DNA of 64,000 nucleotides from Myxococcota bacterium (GTDB lineage Bacteria; Myxococcota_A; Polyangia; Polyangiales; Houyiibacteriaceae): NCBI GenBank assembly GCA_039030515.1, contig JBCCEA010000001.1, positions 29,896 to 93,895 of the forward strand, read 5' to 3'. Shown piece by piece: positions 61,055 to 64,000 of this stretch (position 1 is its first letter; each line of letters starts with the position of its first letter). The notes under the pieces were generated by a model. It saw only the letters and a program-made list of their open reading frames with translations, ran no database searches and was not told where the DNA came from. The position numbers and the translations under genes were made by a program.

Positions 61055-62020
61055 GTGGGGAAGATCGCGTTTATTTTTCCAGGACAGGGAAGTCAGAAGG
61101 TTGGCATGGGTGAGGCGCTTTCTGCTTCATCCGAGACAGCTCGTGACGTGTTCCGTGCGGCTGACCGCGTGCTGGGCGAACCGCTGTCCCAGCTCTGCTT
61201 TGCGGGACCGTCCGAAGAGCTGAATCTCACTGCCAATACACAGCCTGCGCTGCTGACGGTGTCGGTCGCACTGCTTCGAGTGCTGGGCGAGGATTGCGAT
61301 ATGGCTGCTGGACACAGCCTCGGGGAGTATTCGGCCCATGTGGCTGCGGGTACACTGGACTTTTCTGATGCTGTTTGGCTGTTGCGGAAACGTGGCGCGT
61401 ACATGCAGGAAGCGGTTCCGGTCGGAGAAGGTGCCATGGCCGCGGTGCTCAAGGCAGAAGCGGCGCTCGTCGAGTCGATCTGTGCCCGGGTGGATGGAGT
61501 GGTCCAGCCAGCGAACTACAACTCCAAGGGTCAGGTCGTGATTTCGGGCCGTCGCAAGGCGGTGGATGCCGCCTCGAACCTGCTTCGGGCCGAGGGAGCG
61601 CGCATCGTACCGCTCCCGGTGAGTGCTCCTTTTCATTCACAGCTTATGGAACCGGCAGAGCGACGTCTTGCGGTTGATCTCCAAGGCACCGAGTTTAGAG
61701 ACCCCCGAATACCGGTCTACTGTAACGTCGATGCGGCCTCCGTGACTTCCGGGGATGCATCGCGCGACGCCCTACGCCTGCAGGTAAGTCGGCCGGTCCG
61801 CTGGGCAGAAACCGTTCAGCGGATGGTTCAAGATGGCGCCAGTCTGTTCGTGGAACTCGGTCCCGGGAAAGTGCTCGCCGGGCTCGTTCGACGAATCGTA
61901 AGCGATGTTGAGTGCCTAAACGTAGAAACGCCTGAAGATATAGCGCCAGTGCGTGCACGAATTCGCGCAAAACGAGGTCTCGATCCTTCCCGCGCGGTTG
62001 ACCGAGATGAAAAATACTGA
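61055..62020 (+). CDS. fabD: malonyl-CoA:ACP transacylase
   Basis: IAFIFPGQGSQKVGMG, GHSLGEYSA, VSAPFHS. GTG start with AGGAGG 6 nt upstream. Confidence 0.9.
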   Translation: MGKIAFIFPGQGSQKVGMGEALSASSETARDVFRAADRVLGEPLSQLCFAGPSEELNLTANTQPALLTVSVALLRVLGEDCDMAAGHSLGEYSAHVAAGTLDFSDAVWLLRKRGAYMQEAVPVGEGAMAAVLKAEAALVESICARVDGVVQPANYNSKGQVVISGRRKAVDAASNLLRAEGARIVPLPVSAPFHSQLMEPAERRLAVDLQGTEFRDPRIPVYCNVDAASVTSGDASRDALRLQVSRPVRWAETVQRMVQDGASLFVELGPGKVLAGLVRRIVSDVECLNVETPEDIAPVRARIRAKRGLDPSRAVDRDEKY

Positions 62021-62098
62021 CACATCCGGCCGCCAAAGGCGTCGTCTAGGCCTGCTTGAATAGGTTGAGACAGACCCCCGCGACCGAGGTCTTCCAAT

Positions 62099-64000
62099 AT
62101 GCTGGAACTATTGATATATTCTGCCCCCCTAGCGGGTATACTGGCGCTGCTTTTCGCATACATCAAAGCGGCTTGGGTTCGTCGGCAAGACGCCGGCACC
62201 GATGAAATGCAAGAAATCGCTGCGCGAATCCAAGAAGGCGCCATGGCGTTTTTGGGGCGAGAGTACCGAGTACTTGGAATCTTCGTCCTGGTCGTGGCTG
62301 CGCTGCTCGCTGTCGGCAATCTTCCCCTCGACGCAGAAGATCCGGGCGTGAAGCGGCTGATCGAGACCCAGGGCAATCGCTCCCCGTGGATCGCGGTTTC
62401 CTTCGTGGTCGGTGCCGTCTGTTCCGCCCTTGCGGGCTACTTTGGAATGCGGGTCGCGACCAACGCCAACGTACGCACTACCGCTGCCGCTCGAACGGGG
62501 CTGCCGCATGCCTTGGCGGTCGCGTTTAGTGGCGGCGCGGTCATGGGTATGAGTGTTGTCGGATTGGCGCTTGTCGGCCTCGGCGGGCTCTACGTGCTCC
62601 TTTCGATCGTGCTGTTTCAAGCCGACCTGCGCACCACCCTCAATGTGCTGACCGGATTTTCGATGGGTGCTTCGTCCATCGCCCTTTTTGCTCGGGTAGG
62701 CGGCGGAATCTACACGAAGGCCGCAGATGTCGGTGCAGATCTTGTGGGCAAAGTCGAAAGCGGTCTGCCTGAGGACGATCCACGAAACCCTGCGGTTATC
62801 GCCGACAATGTTGGTGACAACGTCGGCGATGTTGCGGGCATGGGCGCGGACCTGTTTGAGTCGTACGTCGGTGCGATCATCGGTGCCATGGTCTTAGGAC
62901 TCGGATTTACTGCGACTCGGTCTGCCGAGGTGGGTCCGGTCGTACTCCCCATGGTCATCGCGGCGGCTGGAATCATTTGCTCCATCGTCGGAACGTTCTT
63001 TGTGCGAACCAAAGAAGGCGGTAATCCACAGTTGGCGCTCGACATCGGCGCCTTCGGGGCTGCAGGCGTGATGGCGTTTGCCACCTTCGGGATCGCAAAG
63101 CTCATGTGGCCAGAGGGCGGCACGACCAATGGAATCAGTACCGACGTCGTCACTTGGGTCGATGTTGGATTGTCGACGGTGGTTGGACTGGCCACTGGGG
63201 TACTGGTTGGTTTGATCACCTCCTACTACTGCTCGATGCAAAAGCCTCCAGTCGACAGCATCGCCGAACAGTCACGCACGGGAACCGCGACCAATATCAT
63301 CGCCGGACTCGGGGTGGGTATGCAGTCGACCGCCGCACCGATCGTGGTGATCGCCATGGGGGTGGTTGCGGCCGCTCATTTTGCCGGTTTGTACGGGGTG
63401 GCCATCGCAGCCCTCGGGATGCTTTCGACCACCGGCATTCAGCTGGCCGTCGACGCGTACGGTCCCATCGCGGACAACGCGGGTGGTATCGCGGAGATGA
63501 GTCATCAGGACCCTGAGGTCCGTGAGCGAACCGACAAGCTCGACGCGGTGGGAAACACTACCGCCGCTATCGGTAAGGGCTTCGCTATCGGCTCTGCAGC
63601 CATGACCGCGCTTGCGCTTTTTGGAGCGTTCATGCAGCAGGCGGGCATCACCGCCATCAATGTGAGCGAGCCTACGGTGATGGCGGGACTCTTCGTCGGT
63701 GGCATGTTGCCGTTCCTTTTCTCTTCCATGGCGATGAAGGCGGTGGGTGAGGCTGCCATGGAGATGATCGAAGAGGTTCGCCGTCAGTTTCGTGAAATCG
63801 ACGGACTACTCGAGGGGCGCGCACGTCCTGATACCGCTCGATGCGTAGATATTTCAACGAGTGCGGCGATCAAGCGGATGATGCTGCCAGGAGCGTTGGC
63901 GATTCTCACCCCGGTGGTCATCGGTTTTGCGATGGGACCGGAAGCCCTCGGTGGTCTGCTTGCGGGAACACTCGTGTCCGGAGTCTTGATGGCTATTTTC
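62099..64000 (+). CDS. hppA: membrane-bound H+/Na+-translocating pyrophosphatase (3' end beyond the window)
   Basis: My own translation from ATG 62099 gives [27 protein letters not shown]...[11 protein letters not shown] and, further on, [19 protein letters not shown]. The frame is open to the window end and is absent from the ORF track because it has no stop. Confidence 0.9.
   Translation, partial: MLELLIYSAPLAGILALLFAYIKAAWVRRQDAGTDEMQEIAARIQEGAMAFLGREYRVLGIFVLVVAALLAVGNLPLDAEDPGVKRLIETQGNRSPWIAVSFVVGAVCSALAGYFGMRVATNANVRTTAAARTGLPHALAVAFSGGAVMGMSVVGLALVGLGGLYVLLSIVLFQADLRTTLNVLTGFSMGASSIALFARVGGGIYTKAADVGADLVGKVESGLPEDDPRNPAVIADNVGDNVGDVAGMGADLFESYVGAIIGAMVLGLGFTATRSAEVGPVVLPMVIAAAGIICSIVGTFFVRTKEGGNPQLALDIGAFGAAGVMAFATFGIAKLMWPEGGTTNGISTDVVTWVDVGLSTVVGLATGVLVGLITSYYCSMQKPPVDSIAEQSRTGTATNIIAGLGVGMQSTAAPIVVIAMGVVAAAHFAGLYGVAIAALGMLSTTGIQLAVDAYGPIADNAGGIAEMSHQDPEVRERTDKLDAVGNTTAAIGKGFAIGSAAMTALALFGAFMQQAGITAINVSEPTVMAGLFVGGMLPFLFSSMAMKAVGEAAMEMIEEVRRQFREIDGLLEGRARPDTARCVDISTSAAIKRMMLPGALAILTPVVIGFAMGPEALGGLLAGTLVSGVLMAIF

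Overview
This window looks like a Gram-negative genome of roughly 58-60% G+C, judged by eye and not computed. Cys-rich lipoproteins and DUF4388, TPR and HDOD proteins suggest Myxococcota or Bradymonadia, but that placement is inference only. A polar-flagellum regulon dominates, in three blocks. Block 1 is fliC-fliD-fliS plus three coupled small genes (65-4240, + strand). Block 2 is flgA-H-I-J-M-N-K-L, then a single-ORF CsrA-FliW fusion and an HDOD / PilT-like / HDOD-GGDEF trio (15786 down to 4347, - strand). Block 3 is fliL-M-N-O-P-Q-R, flhB-A-F-G, fliA and flgF-G (37284 down to 24646, - strand). A sigma-54 enhancer-binding response regulator lies at 38009-39583, and I read four sigma-54-type promoters by eye. 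The cheX-cheY pair (17335-18275) is separated from block 3 by a visibly lower-GC island of about 5.3 kb (about 18.3-23.6 kb). The island carries transposase and integrase scars, a segmental duplication, an orphan lipoprotein and two paralogous tail-anchored RING-like zinc-finger proteins plus a degenerate third copy. I consider this island the best candidate for something undescribed, together with the CsrA-FliW fusion and the 124-bp tandem array upstream of it. The rest is housekeeping: oligopeptidase B, a TPR protein, accBC, aroQ, a Roadblock protein, a glycosyltransferase, tRNA-Leu, SCP2 proteins, fabD and H+-PPase. There is also a cobalamin module: a riboswitch, a TonB-dependent receptor with a coupled lipoprotein, and a divergent cbiZ-cobU-cbiB-cobQ-cobO operon. 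Several 14-18 bp tandem repeats sit directly 3' of genes. No CRISPR array or rRNA was seen. All domain calls come from reading the supplied translations for motifs; no database search was possible.
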